Assembly (NCBI GenBank): GCA_950097015.1
Contig: CATNEN010000024.1
Location: 7,006,001 to 7,070,000 of the forward strand
Length of the DNA: 64,000 nt
Reading direction: 5' to 3'
Source: Macrostomum hystrix
Lineage: Eukaryota > Animalia > Platyhelminthes
Shown: positions 26,954 through 37,914 of the stretch, in pieces
Layout of the letters: every line of letters begins with the position of its first letter
Position numbering within the stretch: the first letter of the stretch is position 1
The notes under the pieces: generated by a model
What the model saw: the letters and a program-made list of their open reading frames with translations, nothing else
Database searches by the model: none
What the model was told of the DNA's origin: nothing
Program-made: the position numbers and the translations under genes

Positions 26954-28183
26954 CAGTGTTGGTCGCGTTACCAAAAAGTAACGGCGATGGTGGTAAAAAT
27001 AGTAATAATTGCAGGAGGCTGCGAGCAGTGGCACAGTATTGGTGACACTAGGCCCGCAGCCAGCGAGGAGGCAATTCTGCCCTTTCCGCTGACTCCTGAG
27101 CACACACGCACAGAGATACTGTACGCAGGCACACGCTCACACAGGTGTGTACATCTGCCCTGACTTTCTCATCGTCAGGCAGTGTACACTTCACTGTGCC
27201 TTGTAGGTTGGCCCTCAAGGGCATAAATTGCACGACAAGCCTCCAAGCCTTCTCTCCGCGGCTGCGCCCCAAATAAATGTGGCCTCGCCGTGGAATCGAA
27301 CTTAGGGACCTTGGTGCGAGAGGCAAGCGCGTTAACCGCTCTGCCACCGACCCCCTTGGCGATGGCGGTAACGATCGTTACTGACCATTTGGTAACGTAA
27401 AAATTAGGTAACGAAAAAACACAAAATATTAACTGTCGTTACTTTTAATCGTTACTTTCAGTTTTTTTCGGTTAATTCCGAAGTTACTGAAAAAATACCA
27501 TAAATATGCTACTTTTTACGCCAGCATGTTATGAATATACGTGCTGATTTGTTTATCTGCCAGAACTCATATCATAATGTTGTAATTTCCAACATCGTCC
27601 CTTTTTAGACTCCGTTATCATATCACTCTGACAGATCTTGACCATTTCGGGCTTGGGTTTAGCAGCCATGAGATCACGTGAAGATTTTAGATTAGATTGA
27701 TAATGTTGATGATTGATAATGATCTCATAATTGACGTCAAAGTAAAGTAACAGACTACAGTCAGTCTATGGATTGACCAATAAATATTTAGCAAAGCCGC
27801 AGTTAGCAACAAAAACAAAGAAACTCAAATCCAAATAAATGCAAAATGTTATTAATATAAAGCAATAGAAATGGGAAGATGAACTTGCCAATTATATAAA
27901 TTTGACTATCTTTTTACTTGTAAGTAGAAAAGTCAAACAATTTAAAACGTTTCTTTTACACAGCAAAAGAAATAATTTACAGTGCTGCTAGTGTCCTACT
28001 AATTTTTTCGGAAACTGCTAACGAAAACAGGTACCGGGAAATGCACACGTACTGTTGGTAACGACTCGTTACCATCATTTTCGTTACCAGCCCGTGGTTA
28101 CGGAAAAAAAGTAACGTTGCGAAAAAGTAACGATCGTTACCAAATTGGTAACTAGTAACGAGTAACGCGCCCAAAACATCCTG
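26954..28183. mobile_element. Degenerate non-autonomous DNA transposon (MITE/hAT-like) interrupted by SINE copy 3
   Basis: Imperfect terminal inverted repeats (CAGTGTTGGTCGCGTTAC versus CAGGATGTTTTGGGCGCGTTAC on the reverse strand) and dense GTAAC/GTTAC subterminal motifs at both ends. No TSD found. Confidence 0.35.
27001..27355 (-). mobile_element. tRNA-derived SINE, copy 3 (full length, with target-site duplication)
   Basis: A box TGGCAGAGCGG, B box AAGTTCGATTCC, tRNA-like end CGAGGCCA and an ATT tail. Flanked by GGCGATGGTGGTAA (26983-26996) and GGCGATGGCGGTAA (27358-27371). Confidence 0.85.
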
Positions 28184-28576
28184 AATCTGTGAACCTCGTC
28201 TTCTAGAGCCCAATCCAATGTTGAGGACTTTCGGCGAGTTCAATTGAGTCAGTCGTGTCAGTCTCTTAGCATTAAAAAGGTAAGAGCTAGCTGTGTAGCT
28301 ACCTGAAGCAGTTTCTTTCTAAAGGTAAGTTAAGAAAAGAAACGACATAGCAGATTATGCGTTAAGTTGTTAGAAAACAAAGCTCTGCATTAAAACATCA
28401 TTGTTAACGCGTCTTAATTTGTATTTCTGTAGAACTGTTCAGTTTTCGATCGCACTTTATCACAAATTTGTTATATCAGGCTTTCAAATTTCAGATTGGA
28501 AATTCGAAACGATTGCTGGAATCCAAGATCTACCTGACGGTCACTGCTTATTCTTTCTAGGCTAAAAAGCAGTATT

Positions 28577-28582
28577 TTTATT
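28577..28582 (-). terminator. Polyadenylation signal AATAAA of the neuropeptide gene
   Basis: Located about 85 nt downstream of the stop codon on the coding strand. Confidence 0.5.
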
Positions 28583-28665
28583 CCAAACAGGATTCAGACA
28601 CTAAAGAGACAAGAGTCTAAACCAGTTGCATTGCATGAACGTTGGCGCGCTTTGTTTTGCTTTCT

Positions 28666-28968
28666 CTACCAGGTGCAGAACTTCAGCAGGCATGGCGTCA
28701 CACCGTAGGATCTGCGACGCACCACTGGACCCGAGGGCGTTGGCGCCGGCGGCTGCTGCGCCCTCTCGCGCTGCTCCTGGCGCTGCTGCTGCCAGTCCAG
28801 CATCATTTGGCGCAGCAGAAGCCGGCGAAGCATCGACTCGGAGCGCAGATCGGTGTCGTACCTCGGGTCGGTAGCAACTTCATCGTCTTCGGCGACTGTC
28901 ATGCAATGGACTCCATGCAGGACGGCCAGGCAGAGAAGAAGGGCGGTTGCAATGCTGATTGGGGCCAT
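28666..28968 (-). CDS. Secreted neuropeptide precursor; predicted mature peptide SYGVTPCLLKFCTW (urotensin II/somatostatin-related-peptide-like)
   Basis: Signal peptide MAPISIATALLLCLAVLHGVHC, then an acidic/Gln-rich pro-region, an RRR cleavage site (28711-28719) and a C-terminal 14-mer (28669-28710) with a Cys-X4-Cys ring. GC-rich coding-like codons. A non-coding first exon is joined by a 97-nt GT-AG intron (29079-28983). Confidence 0.75.
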   Translation of the reverse strand: MAPISIATALLLCLAVLHGVHCMTVAEDDEVATDPRYDTDLRSESMLRRLLLRQMMLDWQQQRQEQRERAQQPPAPTPSGPVVRRRSYGVTPCLLKFCTW

Positions 28969-29139
28969 ACCTTTTAGTTGCTCTGTAGGACTTTACAGAA
29001 AGAAAATAAGGAAAATTTAATTTTGCATCTCAAACGAAAAACTAGGCGTAGAGCAGCTTAAAAGACATGAATAGCTTACCAGTGTGACAAATTCTCTGTT
29101 GAAGCGGACTACAATAGACGCGATGCTCTTTGCTGGGTT

Positions 29140-29200
29140 CGGTGAATTTGACGGAAGCTGCAGTGGAGCCGGACTTATAGACGATTCCAACCAACCAATC
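29140..29200 (-). promoter_or_regulatory. Core promoter of the neuropeptide gene (TATA, inverted CCAAT, Inr-like)
   Basis: TATAAG at 29179-29174, CCAAT at 29195-29199 (+ strand) and a TCAAAT Inr-like motif ~30 nt downstream of the TATA, followed by an exon ending in CTG|GTAAGC at 29080. Confidence 0.5.
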
Positions 29201-30289
29201 AAATCTTCGGATGGGGTAGAGGGCGATGGGCCCACCGTTCGCGCCGCTCAACAGCCAGACTGGCATCGGAAGAGTGGTGAGAAAAGGCGGGGGCGTTCTT
29301 CATATTCTGAGGCTTTCCAATCAGAAATCAACCCCAGACCCTCAGTTACGATGCCTCCCACCGCTGCCACCTGCACCACTTGAGAACCTGTCGGGAGTGA
29401 GTGAATTGTATTTTGCACCCTTTTTCCATTCGCTTGATTCGTTCTGTAGATGCGCCCACAATAGGCAGCGTGCTCAGCAGACAATCTGATTATGCGAGCT
29501 ATTTCAATACATTTTTCCTGGGTGTGCAGGTAAAACAACACTGCTTTTAAATTTCAAAATCTGAATGATTCCCTCCCGAGGGTGGCCGTACGGCGGCTGG
29601 TCCAGGAGGTTTGAGAGTCCCCAGCAGTCTCGTGGGACTAAAGAACCAAAAGCAGCTGGGCAAAAAAGGTGGATTCCGCCCACCAAATTTAAATCTGGAG
29701 CTCTAGAGCGACTTCTAGGAAAACTAGATAGGATGGCTTTGTGGACATCTGTTTGATGTGCTCGCTTGTGTTGCAGAAAGCTAAATTAGAAGAGATGCGG
29801 AGGAGCAGCAGATGCTGCGGGCTTATCAGACGGACTGGGGGCCTGGGATCTATGGAAAATTGCTTCCACGACAGGCAACAACAGGCAGCTTGAAATGCAG
29901 GTAATTCAAGCACATATCGGAATGTCCTATCTCTAAACTGGAGCTTTAAATGCCTGCCTTCGCTATTCTAGCATACACAAGCATATTATGACGCAGTCTT
30001 TCTATTCGACATTTTAAGCAATGCTCAATATACACATGCCTTGAACTGAATTTAATAAGGAGCGCTTCAAGCTCTCTCGCTAACAATAATTACAGTCTGT
30101 CTGGCAATACCACTTAGGGCCCACTTGACACCAAACACGAGTCTCTTCTGACAGATTGTTTTAAGAATCGCTTTGGAATTGTCTGGATGGCGGCTTCTGA
30201 GCTTGGCTTCCTACTTCCCAAAGCTAGCCCCTAGCAGAGATAAGAAATATCCAGATATGCAGTAACTTCCTTATTGGCAATATGCCTAT

Positions 30290-32505
30290 GTGTTTCAGCC
30301 GGCATAGTGACCTGTGCTTGTGTCACAGCCGACATAGTGACCTGTGCTTGTGTCACAGCCTTCATAGTGACCTGTGCTTGTGTCACAGCCTTCATAGTGA
30401 CCTGTGCTTGTGTCACAGCCTTCATAGTGACCTGTGCTTGTGTCACAGCCTTCATAGTGACCTGTGCTTGTGTCACAGCCGGCATAGTGACCTGTGCTTG
30501 TGTCACAGCCGGCATAGTGAACTGTGCTTGTGTCACAGCCTTCATAGTGACCTGTGCTTGTGTCACAGCCAGCATTGTGACCTGTGCTTGTGTCACAGCC
30601 TTCATAGTGAACTGTGCTTGTGTCACAGCCTTCATAGTGACCTGTGCTTGTGTCACAGCCGGCATAGTGACCTGTGCTTGTGTCACAGCCGGCATAGTGA
30701 ACTGTGCTTGTGTCACAGCCTTCATAGTGACCTGTGCTTGTGTCACAGCCAGCATTGTGACCTGTGCTTGTGTCACAGCCTTCATAGTGAACTGTGCTTG
30801 TGTCACAGCCTTCATAGTGACCTGTGCTTGTGTCACAGCCGGCATAGTGACCTGTGCTTGTGTCACAGCCGGCATAGTGAACTGTGCTTGTGTCACAGCC
30901 TTCATAGTGACCTGTGCTTGTGTCACAGCCAGCATTGTGACCTGTGCTTGTGTCACAGCCTTCATAGTGAACTGTGCTTGTGTCACAGCCTTCATAGTGA
31001 CCTGTGCTTGTGTCACAGCCGGCATAGTGACGTGTGCTTGTGTCACAGCCGGCATAGTGACCTGTGCTTGTGTCACAGCCGGCATAGTGACCTGTGCTTG
31101 TGTCACAGCCGGCATTGTGACCTGTGCTTGTGTCACAGCCGGCATAGTGACCTGTGCTTGTGTCACAGCCGGCATAGTGAACTGTGCTTGTGTCACAGCC
31201 TTCATAGTGACCTGTGCTTGTGTCACAGCCAGCATTGTGACCTGTGCTTGTGTCACAGCCTTCATAGTGAACTGTGCTTGTGTCACAGCCTTCATAGTGA
31301 CCTGTGCTTGTGTCACAGCCGGCATATGACCTGTGCTTGTGTCACAGCCGGCATATGACCTGTGCTTGTGTCACAGCCTTCATAGTGACCTGTGCTTGTG
31401 TCACAGCCTTCATAGTGACCTGTGCTTGTGTCACAGCCGGCATAGTGACCTGTGCTTGTGTCACAGCCGGCATAGTGAACTGTGCTTGTGTCACAGCCTT
31501 CATAGTGACCTGTGCTTGTGTCACAGCCAGCATTGTGACCTGTGCTTGTGTCACAGCCTTCATAGTGAACTGTGCTTGTGTCACATCCTTCATAGTGACC
31601 TGTGCTTGTGTCACAGCCGGCATAGTGACCTGTGCTTGTGTCACAGCCGGCATAGTGAACTGTGCTTGTGTCACAGCCTTCATAGTGACCTGTGCTTGTG
31701 TCACAGCCAGCATTGTGACCTGTGCTTGTGTCACAGCCTTCATAGTGAACTGTGCTTGTGTCACAGCCTTCATAGTGACCTGTGCTTGTGTCACAGCCGG
31801 CATAGTGACGTGTGCTTGTGTCACAGCCGGCATAGTGACCTGTGCTTGTGTCACAGCCGGCATAGTGACCTGTGCTTGTGTCACAGCCGGCATTGTGACC
31901 TGTGCTTGTGTCACAGCCGGCATAGTGACCTGTGCTTGTGTCACAGCCGGCATAGTGAACTGTGCTTGTGTCACAGCCTTCATAGTGACCTCTGCTTGTG
32001 TCACAGCCAGCATTGTGACCTGTGCTTGTGTCACAGCCTTCATAGTGAACTGTGCTTGTGTCACAGCCTTCATAGTGACCTGTGCTTGTGTCACAGCCGG
32101 CATATGACCTGTGCTTGTGTCACAGCCGGCATATGACCTGTGCTTGTGTCACAGCCGGCATAGTGAACTGTGCTTGTGTCACAGCCGGCATAGTGACGTG
32201 TGCTTGTGTCACAGCCGGCATATGACCTGTGCTTGTGTCACAGCCTTCATAGTGACCTGTGCTTGTGTCACAGCCGGCATATGACCTGTGCTTGTGTCAC
32301 AGCCGGCATATGACCTGTGCTTGTGTCACAGCCGGCATATGACCTGTGCTTGTGTCACAGCCGGCATATGACCTGTGCTTGTGTCACAGCCGGCATATGA
32401 CCTGTGCTTGTGTCACAGCCGGCATAGTGACGTGTGCTTGTGTCACAGCCGGCATATGACCTGTGCTTGTGTCACAGCTGGCATAGTGACGTGTGCTTGT
32501 GTCTG
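30290..32505. repeat. 30-bp minisatellite (gtgacctgtgcttgtgtcacagcc[tt/gg/ag]cat[a/t]) with a 180-bp higher-order repeat
   Basis: The six-unit variant cycle repeats at 30481, 30661 and 30841. A 29-bp variant appears distally. Confidence 0.97.
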
Positions 32506-32524
32506 TGCACAGCAGTCATACTGA

Positions 32525-32870
32525 TCAGCGGTCTAGCGCTTGGTTAAGCGCTTGCCTCTCGCACCAAGGTCCCTGAATTCGCGGCGAGGCCACATTCATT
32601 TGGGACGCAGCCGCTTAGAGAAGGCTTGGGGGTTTGTTGTGCGATTTGCACCCCCGATGGCCAACCACGACTGTACACAGAGAGTGTACACTGCCTCACG
32701 ATGAGAAATTCAGGGTAAATTTTGCACACCTGTTAGTGTGTACCTGCGTATGCTCTGTGTGCGTGTGTGCTCAGGAGTCAGCGAAATGGGCAGAATTGCC
32801 TCCTCGCGGTTCTTCTGTGGCCGAATGATGTGCCATTGCGCGCAGTACTCTAGCAAATTTTTTTTATTAC
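32525..32870 (+). mobile_element. tRNA-derived SINE, copy 4 (diverged)
   Basis: cttgcctctcgcaccaaggtccctga...gcagaattgcctcctcgc and aatgatgtgccattg match the family. The head is degenerate. Confidence 0.75.
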
Positions 32871-33824
32871 TTGGATGCAATGAAATAAGATAAAATGTGC
32901 CTTGGCATTGAGAAAGTTCGGCAATGAAGCGTCGAGACAGGATAATACGGATACAAAACTTCAGCGTCAAATCTCAGATAAAAGCCGTGAAAATTCGGAC
33001 TAATTTTTTTATAAATCCGGTAAAAAAGTCGTGCACTCGTGCATGAAGCGGAGCTGTCTATCTAGTTCTAAAAAAAGTCAGTCTGTCGGCGCCTAGAAGG
33101 CTTAAAATAGTTCGTCCTTCCAGCTCGCTCCAGTATCAAACCGGCCAGAACTGGTTGACACCGGTGGCTCGGCTCAAGCCCAGATGGTCTGGAGTGAGCA
33201 ATTTGAACGGTGGAGAATGCCTAATATACACATTGGAGTTGCTCGGGTCGGGACGGCGACTACAATAGCGGTGAGGTAATTTCAGAGGTGAGGCAACGCG
33301 CTTTCATCATTGATTTTCAACGCGGATTGGGCTTTTGAGCCCAATACTGTAGGCATTTCAGCAGAATGCAGGCACTATACATACTGGCTGCTTTCAACTG
33401 CCATTTTAAGACCATTACCAAATTGAAAATGGCGGCACAATACCCCTGCGCCATTGCAGATTCAATTCCGTTTACCTTGCAAGTCTCGGAAAGCGAAAAA
33501 TATATCTTTAGCGGACGGAAAAACTAGATTGGGCCTAGATATGGTGGCCATTTTAGGGAATAAAAATACAGAAAGAGTTCCCGGATTGCGCAAAATAGAG
33601 GAGCCTAGCAACAATCACTTTGCTGTTGCTTTCCTAATTCTTGCTGGGTGACGTCTAAATCATGTTTACTTCCTTATGTGCTTTAGCATTTATTTCAAAA
33701 CAAATATCCACCCTAGTCCCTCTCACTTTCTCTCTTAATCAGATTCTCTGTCTATCTTTGTCTACGAGTACCCAACTTCTACACAACTCAACTCACTTGC
33801 CTAACGAAAGCGCTTATTAGATCA

Positions 33825-34250
33825 AGCATGTCCGCTCTCACTCTCTCCGCTCTCACACTCTTTCCGCTCTCACACTCTCCGCTCTCACACTCTCTCCGCT
33901 CTCACACTCTCTCCGTTCTCCCACTTTCTCCGCTCTTCAACTCTCTCCGCTCTCACTCTCTCCGCTCTCCCACTTTCTCCGCTCTTCAACTCTCTTCGCT
34001 CTTCCACTCTCTCCGCTCTCACACTCTCTCCGCTCTCCCACCCTCTCCGCTCGATCTCTCCACTCTCACACTCTCTCCGCTCTCCCACTCTCTCCGCTCT
34101 CACACTCTCTCCACTCTCACACTCTCTCCGCTCTCCCACTCTCTCCGCTCTCACACTCTCTCCGCTCTCCCGTCCTCTCCGCTCGATCTCTCCACTCTCA
34201 CACTCTCTCCGCTCTCCCACTCTCTCCGCTCTCCCACTCTCTCCGCTCTA
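33825..34250. repeat. 17-bp pyrimidine-rich minisatellite (ctctccgctctcacact)
   Basis: Read directly; degenerate. Confidence 0.9.
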
Positions 34251-36257
34251 TTTCCTCTTTTCCCATGTCTCCGCTCCCCTCTCTTGGATGACTCCTCGCC
34301 TCTTTCCTCTCCGTATGCGTTCTATCCTCTTACCTATGTCTTTCTATTTCTACTCCATTGTCGTATTTTTTCTCTCTCGATCTTCTCTGTATTCTGGATT
34401 TGTACTTCATCTGACCTCAGAACGAAATACTCTACAATTTATTCAATTTCTGACGAATCGTCGATGTAACGTATGCTTTACGGCGAAGCGCTAGAATATC
34501 ACCTAGCGATCAATTCTCCCATAAGTAATCAATGAGAGTCATTCATTGAATTTAATAGTAATATATTTTAGCTTCATAAGTCTGACGTCTCAGGGGCTAC
34601 AAACAAAATGCGATTATACGTGCGCCTTCTCTCAATCTACACCAGAAAGCATGTCAATAGCTGACTGAAATGACAACGTTAGTCGTGTCTGCACGTCTAA
34701 ATATCATTAAAAAGTAATATTTTATTACTTAAATGGAATTGCGTTCATAAGAGTTAAAAAATTCGCATTTATGGAGAATAATAATCAAAAGACAAAGAGC
34801 ACTCAAATTATACGCTCTTTGTCTCTCAATTGTATTTTTTCCTATCGTGGGCGAAGTGTCCAACGGGCAATAATTACCTGTCTCTTTGACTACACGGTGC
34901 GCGGGAGTTGTCCTAGGTTTAAAAAATAATTTAACAAATTTCATAAATTTAAGCATAGGAAGATATACAACATTAAACAACATAACAGAACGAGTCTGAA
35001 CGACAAAAAGTCGCGGTATTCCTATTTCCAAGAATCAAATTTAATTAGCAGCTACGGCGAATACATGTACTTACCGTAGCTCAACTAACATGCCCAAGTA
35101 TTATTGTGGCTCAGTAGAACTGTAGAAGTGGTCAATATTTAAAATAAAGCCTAAAAACTAACAATGCAACTCACAAGACACATTGCGATTGTTCTACTTT
35201 GGACTTTTTATTACTTTGCTCTCTGAATTATATTCACTAAATATAAAAATACCACACTGTAGTATAACGATTGTGTACTATTTTCTTTTCTTGTATTTGA
35301 TGTGTGGTTGCTGCAATTAATTATGTGTTACAAATATACTTGACCTTGTTTTTCACTAGGCCTAGGTATTATTAGGCCCCGTATATTAACTACAAGTTGT
35401 AATTTGTACTTCATTTGCCCTTTCTTAAAATATGTTTAGGAGCAAGACTGTTTCTGCCACATTGCCCAAACAAAAAATCAATACTTAGCACTCACTTAAG
35501 TTAATTTATGTTAGCTTAAGTAAACTTGTGAAAAAAATAAGTAAATACTTTTTAATTCACCTTAACAATATCATGAATCACTGTACTTCAAACGAGAATA
35601 ACTCCAATTAGATATCAGTAAAACACATTGTTTTTTCATAAGGTAGCAATATTGTGTCTGAGCAGTAATACACCTTTATACTATGTACTGGTTTTAGGGA
35701 TTCCAGTTGTACTTGGGATGCAAATGGACTAAAGTTGCCCAGTCAATCACTGGTTTTATTAGAAAAAGGCAGTTGTTTAAATTAAAACCAAAACTTTAAG
35801 TTTTCGGTGTTGACTATGTCTCCTGCATCTTGCTATACTGAGTAAATTTGACATTTTAAAAGCCTTAAGTTTTGAAGGGAATCAGATTCAAGGACCACTG
35901 TAGTATAACTACAGTGTAGTATAACTATTTATTTATTTATTAAATATTTATTTACAATCTACTATTTATTAAATAAATAAATAAGTATATTAAGAGGCAA
36001 TATATTAAGATATATATATATAAACGAAGACATAGTTGTTCCTTGATCCAGGCATTGGTCTGTCGGCAACCTAAAATTATATATAGATAGCATATAGATC
36101 AATTGCCCTTTTAGTTAGATAGGTTAGCTTTTAGTTTCCTAATTTGCCAGGGACTCAGCTAACTCAACAATGGATTTATATGATAAACATTTCTAAGAAA
36201 CGATGCCTACATGAATTTTACCACCACTTTGACATCAGTGGTTGACAGCAAAGTCAC

Positions 36258-36350
36258 TGTTAACCGGTTAACCGGACGAATAATCAAATGGCTATTTGTC
36301 CGGTTAACCGGACGAATAATCAAACGGCTATTTGTCCGGTTAACCGGACA
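36258..36350. repeat. 36-bp tandem repeat (2.5 copies) carrying the palindrome GTCCGGTTAACCGGAC
   Basis: CCGGTTAACCGGAC occurs at 36264, 36300 and 36336. Confidence 0.85.
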
Positions 36351-37914
36351 AAACAAATAACAACTACCTTAGAAAAAATCCCTAATTATTGGTTCCTCTC
36401 AGAAATTGTATATATTATTTATTGTTCAGTATGAGATGTATGTATCAATTGTAGGTAAATAAGTAAAACAGAATGAACTATTGGACTTAACACTTTTACT
36501 TTGAAAATTTCAACTTTCTAGTTTTTTTTGTTTCTACAATAGTAAGTTTTAACTTGCTGTAGATAACCTAGTCACATCCAAACTAGGAGCAGAAAGCAAG
36601 TTGGAGGTTTTGATAGAAAATTGCACACATATATATACTTGTATAATGTAATGAGGATGTTCCAGTGCATTATAACAATATTTGGTACAATTAAACAAGT
36701 AGTTTGAATTTTTTTCATTTTTGTGTAAATTTAATTTACAAAAAATACTATATTATAGTTTGTATTAGGCCTATCTCACTATCACACATCCTTGAACATT
36801 GAACTTTCCAATACTAACATTAAAGTCAATAAATATTGTATATTTATTCTAGCCCTCAAGCTCACCATTGCTTTTCTAATCATATAGGCCAAGTTAATAA
36901 AGTTTGAAAATATATTCCTAGCTATTTAAACTTGTTTACAGCTATGGTGTTCCTTGTTTATGGATTTGTCATATATCATTTTCATAACAATTTTACTAAG
37001 CTTCTTTATAGCGCTTTAAGTTTTGGTTTCTGTTTTGGTATTTCCTATATGTAGCCTAGAGATTGGTTGCAGTCTAGATATCTTAAAGGCTATAACTCCT
37101 AATGACTATCATTCTCAGTATTGCGGCTGTATGATGCGATCTCTTCCAGGTTTGTACCTCGGGATCAAATCAAGAAGGAACTCAAACACAGTTAGTTTCC
37201 TAATTAGTTAGCTTAATAGAGCTCGAAGATATGTCTCTCTTGCGCTCGTGGGCACTTTTTCCGCTCTCCATTCTGCCTTATATAATGTCTTTAAAACCCC
37301 TCATTCCGAGGAGAAGACAATACCATAGCAACAGTACACATGAGAATTTGGGGTGAGTGAGGTTGCAGTCTCGAGTCTAGTACAGTCATTATTATTAGAC
37401 TAGTTAGTTGGCAGGCACACCAACCCCTTTTCTATGGAGGGTGGGGAAAAGGCCTGAAAATGCCTTAGCTAAGTTAGGAAGTGTTCCCGCTTCTACCAAG
37501 GCCTCTTTCCTACTGTTCATTATCCCCTTCCCTTCATCGATCCAGTCTTCTTGTGTGGTCTGGGCCTCCACCAGATCTCGTTCCAGATCCAGGCTGCTCC
37601 GATTTCAGGCAGGGTGGGGTCAATGCAGGCCGCTGTGGGTCGGGATGGGCCGGGTTGGTTCGAGTCCAGCAGTTCTAAGTCAGCACAGATGCGGTTCGAT
37701 TTCAGGCAGCTCCACATCAGCATAGCTGCGGCCATGCCGGACCGGGTTTGCTCTGAAATGTATAGGTGAACTTGGGGCGAATCTTTGTCTTAACTTTCTG
37801 CTTTCAGTTGCTTGCCCTCTCTGCTGTTGCTATTTTTAGCCTAGTTTTATCCTAGAGCTCTCTTGAATTCCCTTCAGATTTTTAAGTCTTATGTTCTTGT
37901 TGTGTATCAATAAT

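Noticed and set aside
27048-27347. Recurrent ORF family MAERLTRLPLAPR... (also 6497-6961, 13273-13536, 63102-63302)
   Set aside because: These are translations of SINE copies with inconsistent starts, stops and frames, not a protein family.
27280-27355. SINE heads as functional tRNA genes
   Set aside because: The anticodon and T stems are mispaired, the anticodon is ambiguous, and each head is fused to a 280-bp non-tRNA body.
30231-32136. Cys/His-rich and PAVTQAQVTM repeat ORFs (metallothionein- or antifreeze-like)
   Set aside because: Several overlapping frames on both strands are open simply because of the 30-bp unit, and 29-bp units break the frames.
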